In this document: one piece after another, positions 50,318-60,226 of the stretch
Layout of the letters: the number at the start of each line of letters is the position of its first letter
How positions within the stretch are numbered: the stretch's first letter is position 1
Assembly (NCBI GenBank): GCA_965214605.1
Contig: OZ243961.1
Location: 2,336,001-2,400,000, forward strand
Length of the DNA: 64,000 bases
Source: an uncultured Candidatus Binatia bacterium
GTDB lineage: Bacteria; Desulfobacterota; Binatia; Bin18
Direction of reading: 5' to 3'
The notes under the pieces: generated by a model
Told to the model about the DNA's origin: nothing
What the model saw: the letters and a program-made list of their open reading frames with translations, nothing else
Database searches by the model: none
Position numbers and translations under genes: made by a program

Positions 50318-51394
50318 TTAGTTATTCGGCACGGCCTGAGCCGCCCCTCCAGCCGCCGCCATGCCTCCTCCCAACTCTTTGAGGGGTAAGAGGGGCACGA
50401 CGCTGCTGTTGTTGTCCGCGTCGAGAATAATTTTTTCCACATCGGGCATAATCCGCTCAACGCTTTCCAAGTACAGACGGTCTCGGGTGACCTTTTTGGC
50501 CTTTTTATACTCGCCCAAGATCTGCAGGAAGCGATCGGCATCCCCCTGAGCGCGGATGACCCGCTGGGCTTTGTAGGCCTCGGCCTGTTGGAATACTTGG
50601 GCGGCATCCCCTCGGGCTTTGGGCACGACATCTTCTCGGTAGCCCTCGGCCTCCTTGATGAGACGGTCGCGGTCTTCCAGCGCCCGGACCACGTCATGAA
50701 ACGCATCTTGGACCTCGCTCGGCGGATCGACGGCCAGCAGTCTGGCTTCCGTCACATACAGCCCGGTCTGATAGGCGTCGAGCAACTCCTGCAGAGCAAC
50801 CCGGGCCTGTTCCTGGACCTCTAGGCGGCCGTCGGTCATGGTGTGGTCAATGGTGTTGCTGCCGACCGCGCTGCGGAGGGCAACCTCTGCCGAGGAGTGT
50901 AAAATGCCCTCTGGGTCGGAAGCTCCGAACAGAAATTTGACCGGATCGTTGACCAAATATTGCACAAAGAGCTGAAGCTGGACGATGTTTTCATCTCCGG
51001 TCAACATCAAGGCTTCTTCGGGGCGGGCGTCGGCCTGACCGCGTATGCTCCGGCCCGGTACGCCGCGTGTCCGAAAACCGACCTCGGCATTGCGAATCTG
51101 TTTGACATCGACCACCGCATAACGCTGGATCGGCCACCAATGCCAGCGCAAGCCGGGCTCGGTCAGTTCCGACACCCGCCCGAACAACAGCTCAACGCCC
51201 TGTTCTCCCGGGCCGACGATGTATAGCCCAACATAGCACCACAGAGCCAGGACGAGGACGCCGAGCAGGCTGAAGATTCCCCAGCTCCCCTTAAATCCCG
51301 TCAACCGTTGCGCTTTTCTTTTGAGCTCTTCGACGGCTTGGAAGAGCTCATCAGCCGGTGACGGGCCGTCTTGATTTCGCCATTGATCTGACAC
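50318..51394 (-). CDS. hflK: FtsH protease modulator HflK
   Basis: LMLTGDENIV, PPSEVQDAFHDV, VPKARG.A, VTRDRLYLE. Confidence 0.95.
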   Translation of the reverse strand: MSDQWRNQDGPSPADELFQAVEELKRKAQRLTGFKGSWGIFSLLGVLVLALWCYVGLYIVGPGEQGVELLFGRVSELTEPGLRWHWWPIQRYAVVDVKQIRNAEVGFRTRGVPGRSIRGQADARPEEALMLTGDENIVQLQLFVQYLVNDPVKFLFGASDPEGILHSSAEVALRSAVGSNTIDHTMTDGRLEVQEQARVALQELLDAYQTGLYVTEARLLAVDPPSEVQDAFHDVVRALEDRDRLIKEAEGYREDVVPKARGDAAQVFQQAEAYKAQRVIRAQGDADRFLQILGEYKKAKKVTRDRLYLESVERIMPDVEKIILDADNNSSVVPLLPLKELGGGMAAAGGAAQAVPNN

Positions 51395-51559
51395 GATTGG
51401 CCTCCTTCCGCTGAGGGGAATAGGAAAAATATCTCTACTACTCTACTCTATCTCCTTTGCCAACTCTAGTGTTAGTTGATTGGCTGGACACGGGAGACAG
51501 CCGCGAGGTATTGTTCCAGCCATACCTGCGCACAAGTATGAGGGAAGAAGGAGGAAGCC

Positions 51560-52351
51560 ATGCCTCATCACGCCTTGCTCTTCCATAAAGAGCCGCCGCT
51601 TGGCTGGCTCGTGTTTAATCGGCCCGAACGTCGCAACGCCGTCAGTCTGGAGATGTGGCAAGCGCTGCCCGATCTGGTTGCCCAGGCTGCTGACGATCCG
51701 GCCGTGCGGGTGCTCATTCTCCGTGGCGGGGGAGAGGATGCGTTTATTTCTGGAGCCGATATCTCTCAGTTTGGCAAAGTCCGCTCCTCAAAAGAAACCA
51801 TGGGCGTCTATAACCGGGCGACCGGCGCTGCGCTGCGTTCTCTCGAACAGCTCGAAAAACCGCTCGTGGCCATGATTCACGGCTTCTGCCGAGGCGGCGG
51901 CTGCTCGGTGGCGCTGATGTGCGACCTGCGGCTGTGTGCCGATGACGCGAGTTTTGGCATTCCAGCCGCCCGGCTAGGTATTGCATACGCCATTGAGACC
52001 GGCGTGGAGCGGCTCGTGCAAATCGTGGGGGCGGCCAACGCGGCGGAGATTCTGATGACCGCCCGGACCTATGATGCTGAAGAAGCCTCCCACATGGGTT
52101 TGGTGAATCGGGTCATCGCCAAAGCCGAACTCGAATCCTTCACCCGCGATTACGCCACTAAAATGGCCGAGAACGCCCCGCTCAGCGTGGCCGCCCATAA
52201 ATTCTTTGTTCGGGAGAGCACCAAAGCCGCGGCCCTGCGGGACGCCGAGAAAATCCGCGCCTTCTCGACCGCCTGTGCCGAGAGCGATGACTACCGCGAA
52301 GGCGTACGCGCGTTTATGGAAAAGCGTCGCCCGCAGTTTCAGGGCCGGTAG
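51560..52351 (+). CDS. Enoyl-CoA hydratase/isomerase family protein
   Basis: NRPERRNA, FISGADISQF, GFCRGGG, FGIPAARLG, DYREGVRAFMEKR. Confidence 0.94.
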   Translation: MPHHALLFHKEPPLGWLVFNRPERRNAVSLEMWQALPDLVAQAADDPAVRVLILRGGGEDAFISGADISQFGKVRSSKETMGVYNRATGAALRSLEQLEKPLVAMIHGFCRGGGCSVALMCDLRLCADDASFGIPAARLGIAYAIETGVERLVQIVGAANAAEILMTARTYDAEEASHMGLVNRVIAKAELESFTRDYATKMAENAPLSVAAHKFFVRESTKAAALRDAEKIRAFSTACAESDDYREGVRAFMEKRRPQFQGR

Positions 52352-52507
52352 ATGAACTGAGGAGTGAGAATGATTCGCGCGGCGATGTGGTGTCGCGAGA
52401 TCCTTCGAGCCGTGGATTTGTCGGCTTTGACGCGCAGCTGAATCAGACGCCGTCCTGACGTCTCGGTCTGATGAGCGCAGCGTAGGCCGGTACGGGTCAT
52501 GCCCCTC

Positions 52508-52546
52508 TTGACCGAGAGATATGACTGACTGTATAGTCAGTCATAT
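52508..52546 (+). promoter_or_regulatory. Sigma-70-type promoter overlapped by a palindromic operator (probable TetR site)
   Basis: TTGACC (52508) - 18 bp - TATAGT (52532); inverted repeat ATATGACTGACT-gtat-AGTCAGTCATAT (52519-52546). Confidence 0.8.
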
Positions 52547-53198
52547 GACTAAAAATTCATCAGCCACAAAAGACGAAGTGTTGCGCAAGTTTCGCATGCG
52601 AGAAATCTTGGACGCAACGTGTCGGGTGGTGTCGCGACACGGCTTTCAGGGGGCGACTGTCGATCGTGTAGCAGAAGAGGCCAAGATCGCCAAAGGCACG
52701 ATCTATCTGTATTTTCACAAAAAAGAAGAGCTACTCAAAGCCGCGGTTGAACAGGGTATGGAGAACTTCACCAACCAGGTTCGGGCCGAGGTGAAAGAAG
52801 TCAGCGCTCCGCTCGAAAAAATCGTGTGTCTCGTCGAAGCCGTCATTGAGCTGAGCGATACCAACCGCGACTTTTTTAAGATGCTGTTGCTTGAGCGCAA
52901 CTTACTAGCCGCTTCGCCAGACCATCCTGAGGCGTCCCATACGCTCGATCTGTATCTCGACTACATCCGGTTTATTGAGGAGACGATTCAAGAAGCGGTC
53001 AATGCCGGGGTGCTCCGTCCACATAACACCGAAGCCTCAGCCTTTGCTCTGAGCGAGTCGCTGCGAGGCTGTTTCCAGCAGCGGGCGCTTGGGCTGACCG
53101 CGCGCTCGGCCGCGGAGGACGCCGAGATTTTGCTTGATCTTCTGATGCACGGAGTGCTCAACCCCACTCATAGCAATCACAAGGAGTTGTCATCATGA
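52545..53198 (+). CDS. TetR/AcrR family regulator
   Basis: EILDATCRVVSRHGFQGATVDRVAEEAKIAKGTIYLYFHKKEEL; start 52545 preferred over 52521, which lies inside the promoter. Confidence 0.93.
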   Translation: MTKNSSATKDEVLRKFRMREILDATCRVVSRHGFQGATVDRVAEEAKIAKGTIYLYFHKKEELLKAAVEQGMENFTNQVRAEVKEVSAPLEKIVCLVEAVIELSDTNRDFFKMLLLERNLLAASPDHPEASHTLDLYLDYIRFIEETIQEAVNAGVLRPHNTEASAFALSESLRGCFQQRALGLTARSAAEDAEILLDLLMHGVLNPTHSNHKELSS

Positions 53199-54325
53199 GA
53201 CCTCTGATATCCGCGTTTGTTTCTCTCCTGATGGCGATGGTGGGCGGCTTTATGACTGCGGGCTGTCAGTCAGAGGACTCCAAGGTCGCCGAGGCCGAGG
53301 CGGCCAAACCCAGCCAAGCTGCAGTGCCGGATGAGCAGGCGCTCACGGTCCAGATTGCCTCGCCGGTCATGCGTCAAGTCCAGCGTACCGGCAGCGGCCA
53401 GGGGGCGCTGTTTGCCCACGAGACGGTCAGCTTGTCAAATAAGCAGGATGGCTATGTCAGCACCGTCCGCGTGGACTTTGGGGATGAGGTCCGCCGCGGT
53501 CAGCTCTTGGCCCAGATGGAGCGCGAGGAACTCGCTCTACAGGTTGACTCGGCAGAGAGCGCGGTCAAGCAGGCCGAGGCCATGTATATTCGGGCCAAGG
53601 CCGAAAATCAGCGCATTCAGGAGCTGTTTGCCGAACAGATCATTCCGCCCCAGCGCCGCGATACCGCCGAAGCGGAGTACAAGGTCGCGGCCGCCCAGGT
53701 CGAAACGGCCAAGAAAGCCCTGGCTCTGGCCAAAAAACGCCTCCGTGATACTCGCATTGTGTCGCCGGTCAACGGTTTTATCCAACAACGTTTTGCCAAC
53801 CCGGGCGAGTACAAACAGGCCGCCTCAAAGCTGCTTGAGGTCGTCGTGGTCAATCCACTCAAGATGCGGGCCCCCGTACCGGAACGGTTTGCCGCGGTGG
53901 CTCGGATCGGGATGGCGATCCACGTCGAGGTCGAGGCCCTGCCGGGTGAAATATTCGAGGGCCGGCTCACCCGGATGGCCGCCCAGGTTGACCATAGGAC
54001 GCGGACCCTGCTGATCGAAGCCGAGATCCCGAACCCTGACCGCAAGCTGCGGCCCGGCTATTTTGCCCACATCACTGGGGTTCTGGGCGAAGAAGAAGCC
54101 CTGTTCATTCCACGCGTTGGTCTGTCGCGCTTTGCCGGCGTGGAGCGGGTCTTTGTGGTGCAGGACAATGTCATTGTCTCGCGCGAGGTACGGTCCGGGG
54201 TTGAGGACGGGGAGTGGATCGAAATTGCTGAAGGATTGGCCCAGGATGAAGTGATCGCCGTTAGCCGTCTCAACCGTTTGGCCGACGGCATAGCGGTCCA
54301 GATCAAACGGGTGGAGGCACAATGA
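53195..54325 (+). CDS. RND efflux periplasmic adaptor (MFP), lipoprotein
   Basis: TAGC lipobox, VDFGDEVRRGQLLA, IVSPVNG, TRTL..NPDRKLRPG. Confidence 0.93.
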   Translation: MRPLISAFVSLLMAMVGGFMTAGCQSEDSKVAEAEAAKPSQAAVPDEQALTVQIASPVMRQVQRTGSGQGALFAHETVSLSNKQDGYVSTVRVDFGDEVRRGQLLAQMEREELALQVDSAESAVKQAEAMYIRAKAENQRIQELFAEQIIPPQRRDTAEAEYKVAAAQVETAKKALALAKKRLRDTRIVSPVNGFIQQRFANPGEYKQAASKLLEVVVVNPLKMRAPVPERFAAVARIGMAIHVEVEALPGEIFEGRLTRMAAQVDHRTRTLLIEAEIPNPDRKLRPGYFAHITGVLGEEEALFIPRVGLSRFAGVERVFVVQDNVIVSREVRSGVEDGEWIEIAEGLAQDEVIAVSRLNRLADGIAVQIKRVEAQ

Positions 54326-57300
54326 TTCTCGCCGATATCTGTGTTCGCCGACCGGTCTTTGCCACCATGTTGATCGGCGTGCTGGTGGTAACGGGCTGGT
54401 TCTCGTATAAAAGTCTGACTTTGGAGCTCATGCCCAAGGTCGAGATGCCTGTCGTCACCGTGACCACCACCTTGCCGGGTGCTGGCCCGGAAGAAATCGA
54501 AGCCCAGGTCACCAAGATCATTGAGGAAGCCATCAATACGGTCAGTGGGATTGATGAACTGCGCTCGGTGACCCGCGAGGGGCTCTCTCAGGTGATTGTC
54601 CAGTTTGTGCTGGAAAAAGATCTGGGGATTGCAGCCCAAGAGGTGCGTGACAAAGTTGGCACGGTTGTGGCCGATCTCCCCGAGGACGTCGACCCGCCAA
54701 TTGTTGAGAAGTTTGATGTTGACGCAACGCCGATCGCGACGATTACGGTCTCCGGCTTCTTTGGCTTGAAAGAACTCACCGAGATTGCCGAGAACCAGGT
54801 CAAGGAGCCGCTGGAGTCGGTGTCCGGGGTGGGGGCGATTGACATTATTGGCGGCCGCAAGCGGGAGATTCAGGTCTTGATCGCCCATGAGCGTTTGATG
54901 GCATACCGGCTGTCCATACACGCGGTGGCCCAAGCACTGGCCAAGCAAAACGTCGAGTTTCCCGGCGGACGGATCACCCAGGACAGCGGCGAGACCGTTC
55001 TGCGCACGCTCGGTCGGGTCAAGTCGGTCCGTGAGTTCGAAGATATTGTGGTGGCGACCAAAGACGGCGTGCCGATTACCATCGCCGACATCGGGCATGT
55101 AGAGGACGGGGTTGAAGAGCCTCGCTCGTTGTCACGCTACGACGGCAAGAATGCCGTCTCGCTGGTGATTCGCAAACAGTCAGGAGCCAACACCGTGGAT
55201 GCGGTCGAGGCCTTGCAGGAACGCTTAAGCGAGGTCCGCAAACTTCTCCCACCCGGCCTAGACGCGCTTATCACTCGAGATCAGTCGGAGTTTGTCAAAG
55301 CCTCGGTCCACGAGGTCGAACAACATCTCATCTTAGGCTCGATATTTGCCAGCATCATCGTGTTTTTCTTTTTGGGGAACCTGCGTTCAACCATCATTGC
55401 CGCCGTCTCTATTCCGGTCTCAATTATTGCTACCTATAGCCTGCTGGCCGCGGCCGGCTACTCGCTGAATCGGGTCACGTTGCTTGGGCTGACCCTGGCC
55501 GTGGGCATTGTGATCGACGACGCCATTGTCGTCCTGGAAAACATCTACCGCTATATCGAAGAGAAGGGCATGGCGCCGTTTGAGGCGGCTCGGGCTGCCA
55601 CCGCCGAGGTGGGTCTTGCCGTGAGCGCCACAACCCTGTCGCTGGTGGTAATTTTTATTCCGGTTGGATTCCTAAAGGGTGTCGTGGGCATGTGGCTCAG
55701 CAGCTTTGGCTTTACCATGGCTTTCGCCATCATGGTCTCGTTGCTGGTGTCGTTTACTCTGACGCCGATGATGTGTGCCCGCTTCCTGCCCAAAAATACT
55801 GAGCACAAGGCCCACTCCTCGCGCGAATCGCTCTTGTACCGGCTTACCGATCGCGGCTATGCGGCAATGTTGACCTGGTCCATGCATCACCGTTGGGTGA
55901 TCGTGTGTCTGACCCTGGGGCTGTTCATCGCTACCCCGTGGATTGGCGGCCTGGTCCGTCCCAGCCTGATGGCGAGTGATGACCGGGGTGAGTTCGAAAT
56001 TAATATTAAAACCCCACCCGGCTACTCGCTGGCCCAGACCGATGCGGTGACCGCTCAGATTGAGGCCGAAATTCAACCCTTGCCCGGCGTTGCCCATCTG
56101 TTGACCGAGATTGGCTCGGTCATCGGCGAGTCGGTCACTAAGGCCAAGATCGTGGTAATCCTTGATCACTATACGGAACGCGAGCTGAAACAGTACGAAG
56201 TCATGGATCTGGCCCGAGAGAAGGTCCAAGGCTTTCCGGGCATGCGGATTAGTGTGGACCAGATCCTGCCGGTGAGCGGTGGGGGAGTCCAGAACGTCGA
56301 TGTGTCGTACAATCTGCGCGGTCCACAGCTTGAGACGCTGCAACAGTACGCCGAAGAACTGAAAGCAAGTGCTCAACACATTCCGGGTCTGCGGGACGTT
56401 GACTCGACCTATGAGGGGGGCAATCCCGAACTGCAAGTCCACCTCAACCGACGCAAGTCTTCTGACCTCGGAGTTGAGGCGGCAGATATTGCCTCGACCA
56501 TCCGCATCATGGTTGCGGGCGAGAAGATTACCACCTACCGTGAGGGTGATGAACTCTACGACGTGCGTTTGCGTCTGGCTCCTGAGAGCCGCAACCGGCC
56601 AGAGATCATTCAACAGGCCGCCATCCCCTCGGCCGCGGTTGGACAGGTCCAGCTCAGTAGTCTGGTTGACATGATTCCGGGGACCGGCCCGGTCCAGATT
56701 GATCGCCAAGAGCGTCAGCGTCAGATCACGATTACGGCCAACCTGGCCAAAGGCAAGGCGCTGAGCGATGCGATTGCCGACATTGATGCCAAGGTCGAAG
56801 ACATGGGACTGCCGCTCGGCTATACGACCGGTGTATCGGGCATGGGGAAAATGTTTGCCGAGATGATGGCAAGCTTCCAGATTGCCTTTTTGCTGTCGAT
56901 CATCGGCATGTATATGATTCTGGCCGCCCAGTTTGAGAGCTTTTTGCACCCTATTACCATCATGCTGTCGCTCCCCTTAGCGGTGCCGTTTGCCCTGCTG
57001 GCACTGTGGATTTTTGATCAGCATTTGGCGCTGTTTGCGATTCTTGGGATGTTGTTGCTGTTTGGGATTGTGAAGAAGAATTCGATTCTGCAGATTGACC
57101 ATACGATTAATCTGCGGGCCCAGGGCATCCCCCGTGACGAGGCCCTCCTCAGGGCCAACCGGGAACGCCTGCGGCCGATCCTGATGACAACGCTGGCCCT
57201 AGTGGCGGGCATGATGCCGATCTTGCTCGGCCAGGGACCGGCGGCCGAGAGCCACCGTGGCATTGCGGTGGTGGTAATCGGTGGGCAGAGTCTGTGTTTG

Positions 57301-57471
57301 TTGATCACCCTGTTGGTGACACCGGTTGCCTACTCGCTGTTTGACGACATGGAAGCCGGTCTCGCGAGGATGCTTGACCGGCTGCGACGGGCCAGCACCT
57401 GGAGCCGCTTCCGGCGCACGCCCGGACCGGCCCCCGTCGCTGGGGTCGGCGAAGAGCCGATCGCGGATTAA
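54322..57471 (+). CDS. RND efflux permease (AcrB/AcrD/AcrF family)
   Basis: RRPVFA, GIVIDDAIVVLENI, SFTLTPM, LAAQFES, GIVKKNSIL, RLRPILMTT. Confidence 0.96.
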   Translation: MILADICVRRPVFATMLIGVLVVTGWFSYKSLTLELMPKVEMPVVTVTTTLPGAGPEEIEAQVTKIIEEAINTVSGIDELRSVTREGLSQVIVQFVLEKDLGIAAQEVRDKVGTVVADLPEDVDPPIVEKFDVDATPIATITVSGFFGLKELTEIAENQVKEPLESVSGVGAIDIIGGRKREIQVLIAHERLMAYRLSIHAVAQALAKQNVEFPGGRITQDSGETVLRTLGRVKSVREFEDIVVATKDGVPITIADIGHVEDGVEEPRSLSRYDGKNAVSLVIRKQSGANTVDAVEALQERLSEVRKLLPPGLDALITRDQSEFVKASVHEVEQHLILGSIFASIIVFFFLGNLRSTIIAAVSIPVSIIATYSLLAAAGYSLNRVTLLGLTLAVGIVIDDAIVVLENIYRYIEEKGMAPFEAARAATAEVGLAVSATTLSLVVIFIPVGFLKGVVGMWLSSFGFTMAFAIMVSLLVSFTLTPMMCARFLPKNTEHKAHSSRESLLYRLTDRGYAAMLTWSMHHRWVIVCLTLGLFIATPWIGGLVRPSLMASDDRGEFEINIKTPPGYSLAQTDAVTAQIEAEIQPLPGVAHLLTEIGSVIGESVTKAKIVVILDHYTERELKQYEVMDLAREKVQGFPGMRISVDQILPVSGGGVQNVDVSYNLRGPQLETLQQYAEELKASAQHIPGLRDVDSTYEGGNPELQVHLNRRKSSDLGVEAADIASTIRIMVAGEKITTYREGDELYDVRLRLAPESRNRPEIIQQAAIPSAAVGQVQLSSLVDMIPGTGPVQIDRQERQRQITITANLAKGKALSDAIADIDAKVEDMGLPLGYTTGVSGMGKMFAEMMASFQIAFLLSIIGMYMILAAQFESFLHPITIMLSLPLAVPFALLALWIFDQHLALFAILGMLLLFGIVKKNSILQIDHTINLRAQGIPRDEALLRANRERLRPILMTTLALVAGMMPILLGQGPAAESHRGIAVVVIGGQSLCLLITLLVTPVAYSLFDDMEAGLARMLDRLRRASTWSRFRRTPGPAPVAGVGEEPIAD

Positions 57472-57513
57472 GCCACGCCGGAAAAACTTTCCGCTGAAGG
57501 GAGCCGAGGGAGG

Positions 57514-59211
57514 ATGGGCGAAATCAAAAGCGAAAAAATTCTGCTGAAAGATATTTTCTCGCGCATGTGGTTTCGGATTCCTGCATACCAGCGGCCCTAT
57601 GTCTGGACCACTGATCAAGTAAGGGACTTACTTGACGATCTGACCTTTGCACAGGAGCAGGAGAGGGAGGAATACTTCCTAGGCTCTTTTGTCTTTCAGT
57701 CGAGGACCGCCGATCAATCCAAGGGAGAAAAATTTGACGAGAATGATTTACTCGACGGCCAGCAGCGTATGTCCACGCTGTTGATGCTGTTTGCCGTTAT
57801 CCGCGACATCGCCGCCGACGAGGATGCCAGATCCGACTGCCAAGAATGCATCCACCAGGAAGCCAGAAAATACAAGAAAGTGCCGGAGCGCGTGCGCCTT
57901 GAGTTCCCGATTCGAGTCGAAGTTCAGAAATTCATCGAGAAATATGTCAAAACAAAGGACGGCACTAAACAAGAAGACGAATTGACCGAGATCGCGACGA
58001 GCGGAGATGACGTGTCCTTAAAGAACATGGCGCAGGCCATCTTGGAGATACACAAATTCTTTGCAGAAGAGGAGGAAAGCGTTCGGCCCGAAGAGCTGCT
58101 TGATTTCCTGCTAAACAGGGTTCTTCTCATTTACGTTTCCACCGAAGACCGGGAAGATGCCTTTCGCCTTTTTATGATTCTGAATAACCGAGGCATCCCT
58201 CTGCGGAACAGCGATATTCTCAAGTCAATGAATATCGGTGCTCTCAATACCGAGGAGGAGAAGGTCCGGTACGCAGAGATGTGGGAGGAAGCCGAGAACG
58301 AATTGGGTGACGAATTCAACCGATTTCTCAGCTATATCCGGACCATCCTGGTCAAAGATAAAGCGCGCCTGAGCCTGCTCCAGGAGTTTGAGGAGAAAAT
58401 TTACACCGGCAGCCCCCCCTTGCTAACACGAGGGGAGGAGACTTTCCGATTGCTGGAGAGGTATCTCGAACACCACCGAACGGTTCTTGATGGCAACAAT
58501 TACGACCAATTCGAGAGTTTCGAGTTCGATAACCTTGTGAAGGTGATGCTGGAGGGTCTGCCCGTGAGGGATTGGGTCCCTCCACTTCTCCATTACTTTG
58601 AGCGCTTCCGGTTTGACCAGGCCCTGAAGTTTTTGCAGAAACTCGACAACAAGTTCTCTGCGGACTGGATTTTGAAAGACACTCCCACGGAACGCATCAA
58701 GAGAATGAACCGGATCATCGAAACTATTGACGGAGCAGCGACAGCGCAACAAGTCCTTGAGGCGAAGTGTTTCGAGTCTCCCGACGCTCAAGGCTTCAGG
58801 GATGCCATATCAGGTAGGGTGTACGACAAGCGATACTGCCGTTATTTACTGCTTAAGTTGGATTATCTCTATCAGGATCACTCGCACCGAATGAACTTCG
58901 AGAGACTCTCCGTTGAGCACGTGCTGCCGCAAAATCCTTCGGACAAGAGTCAGTGGGTAGCGGATTTCACTCCGGAACAACAAGACACATGGACGGACTG
59001 CCTCGGGAATCTCGTACTCATTTCACGTCGCAAGAATTCTTCGCTGGGCCGCCTCGATTACGCCCAGAAGAAGAAAAGATATTTCGAGAGAAACATCAGC
59101 ACTTGTCCCAACTCGCTTCGGGTCATCAAGAATGACCGGTGGACTTTGGCTGAATTGGAAGCAAACCACAAAGAGGTACTAGGGAGATTAGAGGCGCACT
59201 ACAAAATTTAA
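57514..59211 (+). CDS. DUF262-DUF1524 protein (GmrSD-like Type IV restriction)
   Basis: IPAYQRPYVW, LDGQQR, LNNRG, EHVLPQ..LGNLVL...N; lower GC; GGGAGG RBS. Confidence 0.9.
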   Translation: MGEIKSEKILLKDIFSRMWFRIPAYQRPYVWTTDQVRDLLDDLTFAQEQEREEYFLGSFVFQSRTADQSKGEKFDENDLLDGQQRMSTLLMLFAVIRDIAADEDARSDCQECIHQEARKYKKVPERVRLEFPIRVEVQKFIEKYVKTKDGTKQEDELTEIATSGDDVSLKNMAQAILEIHKFFAEEEESVRPEELLDFLLNRVLLIYVSTEDREDAFRLFMILNNRGIPLRNSDILKSMNIGALNTEEEKVRYAEMWEEAENELGDEFNRFLSYIRTILVKDKARLSLLQEFEEKIYTGSPPLLTRGEETFRLLERYLEHHRTVLDGNNYDQFESFEFDNLVKVMLEGLPVRDWVPPLLHYFERFRFDQALKFLQKLDNKFSADWILKDTPTERIKRMNRIIETIDGAATAQQVLEAKCFESPDAQGFRDAISGRVYDKRYCRYLLLKLDYLYQDHSHRMNFERLSVEHVLPQNPSDKSQWVADFTPEQQDTWTDCLGNLVLISRRKNSSLGRLDYAQKKKRYFERNISTCPNSLRVIKNDRWTLAELEANHKEVLGRLEAHYKI

Positions 59212-59686
59212 CGCGCCTCAGCAGTTGAGCTGGATGATGGGAGCCTGATAAGGTCGGGCAGGGCCCTACGGAACCCCAAAAGCCTAAGTGACCCGCCCCT
59301 AAGGCGCTTTGTCGAGAGCGCAGGTCGCCTGAGCCACGGCTCGGGCGTCGTGTCGAGAGCGTCGACGAACTCAAACGCCGCGGCCACAGCACTGCACCAC
59401 GCTTGCCGGATGAGCACCTTATGGTCGGGCCCTTGCCGAGCCGTGCGGCGAACACCGCTTGCCCGATTCCCTAGGGCGCACGAACCGGATAAGTGCACCG
59501 GGATGAAATAGACCCGTGGGTGCTCTCCTTGCGGGGCTATTCATGACTTGGACATCGCGGCCGCCTGTCAATGCGCATTGAGGAAAAACCCTCCAATCCG
59601 CTTCTCCAGCCGATTGCCGGGATGGACTCGTCTTACAGCTGCAGTGGACAGAAAGACGAGCGTCCGCCGCCCGTTCCCCGTCCTCC

Positions 59687-60199
59687 TCAGGACAGGGACT
59701 TGGCCGGTGTCTCTCCCCCGGCATTTTCGGCCAGCGTCCGCAAGACTTGTCCGCTGACCCGATACAGCAGCCACTCCTGCATGTGCTCCAAACCGAGACG
59801 TTGATAGAATCTCCGGGCCGGGTTCCAGTCAAGGACCTGGAGTTCTAGACGCGCACAGCCGCGCTCGATCGCAATGGCCGCCAGGGTGCGCATCAGTTTT
59901 TCCCCAACCCCTTGGCCGCGCACTGCTTCCTCAACAAAGATATCCTCAAGATGAATGCCGGTCGTGCCTTCCCAGGTTGAGTAGGTTGGAAAAAAGAGGG
60001 CAAAGCCGACCGGAACGCCGTCGAGTTCGGCCAGCAGAGTTTCAAATTTGGGCCGTTGGCCAAAACCGTCGCGCAGCAGGTCTTCGGGGGTTGTCTTGAC
60101 TGCATCGGGCTCACGCTCAAACGCCGCGAGGCTTTTGATGAAGTGAAAGATGGTATCAACGTCGGCGGCGCTAGCGGGGCGAATAGTGAGAGAAGACAT
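59687..60199 (-). CDS. GNAT N-acetyltransferase (SSAT-like)
   Basis: GFALFFPTYSTWEG..IHLEDIFV..RGQGVG..VLDWN..FY. Confidence 0.92.
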   Translation of the reverse strand: MSSLTIRPASAADVDTIFHFIKSLAAFEREPDAVKTTPEDLLRDGFGQRPKFETLLAELDGVPVGFALFFPTYSTWEGTTGIHLEDIFVEEAVRGQGVGEKLMRTLAAIAIERGCARLELQVLDWNPARRFYQRLGLEHMQEWLLYRVSGQVLRTLAENAGGETPAKSLS

Positions 60200-60226
60200 G
60201 GGGCGGAGACCTCATAAGGGCAGGGC

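Noticed and set aside
52440-52495. Small hairpin with REP-like flavour (atcagac..gtctgat, gtaggccgg)
   Set aside because: Single weak copy in the window
54058-56949. Long antisense ORFs (346 and 425 aa) opposite the RND permease
   Set aside because: Typical high-GC shadow frames with no motifs
59208-59690. Short ORFs and the motif aaagcctaagtg, also seen near 19893, as IS/MITE ends
   Set aside because: A 12-bp match without paired inverted repeats or a transposase is insufficient
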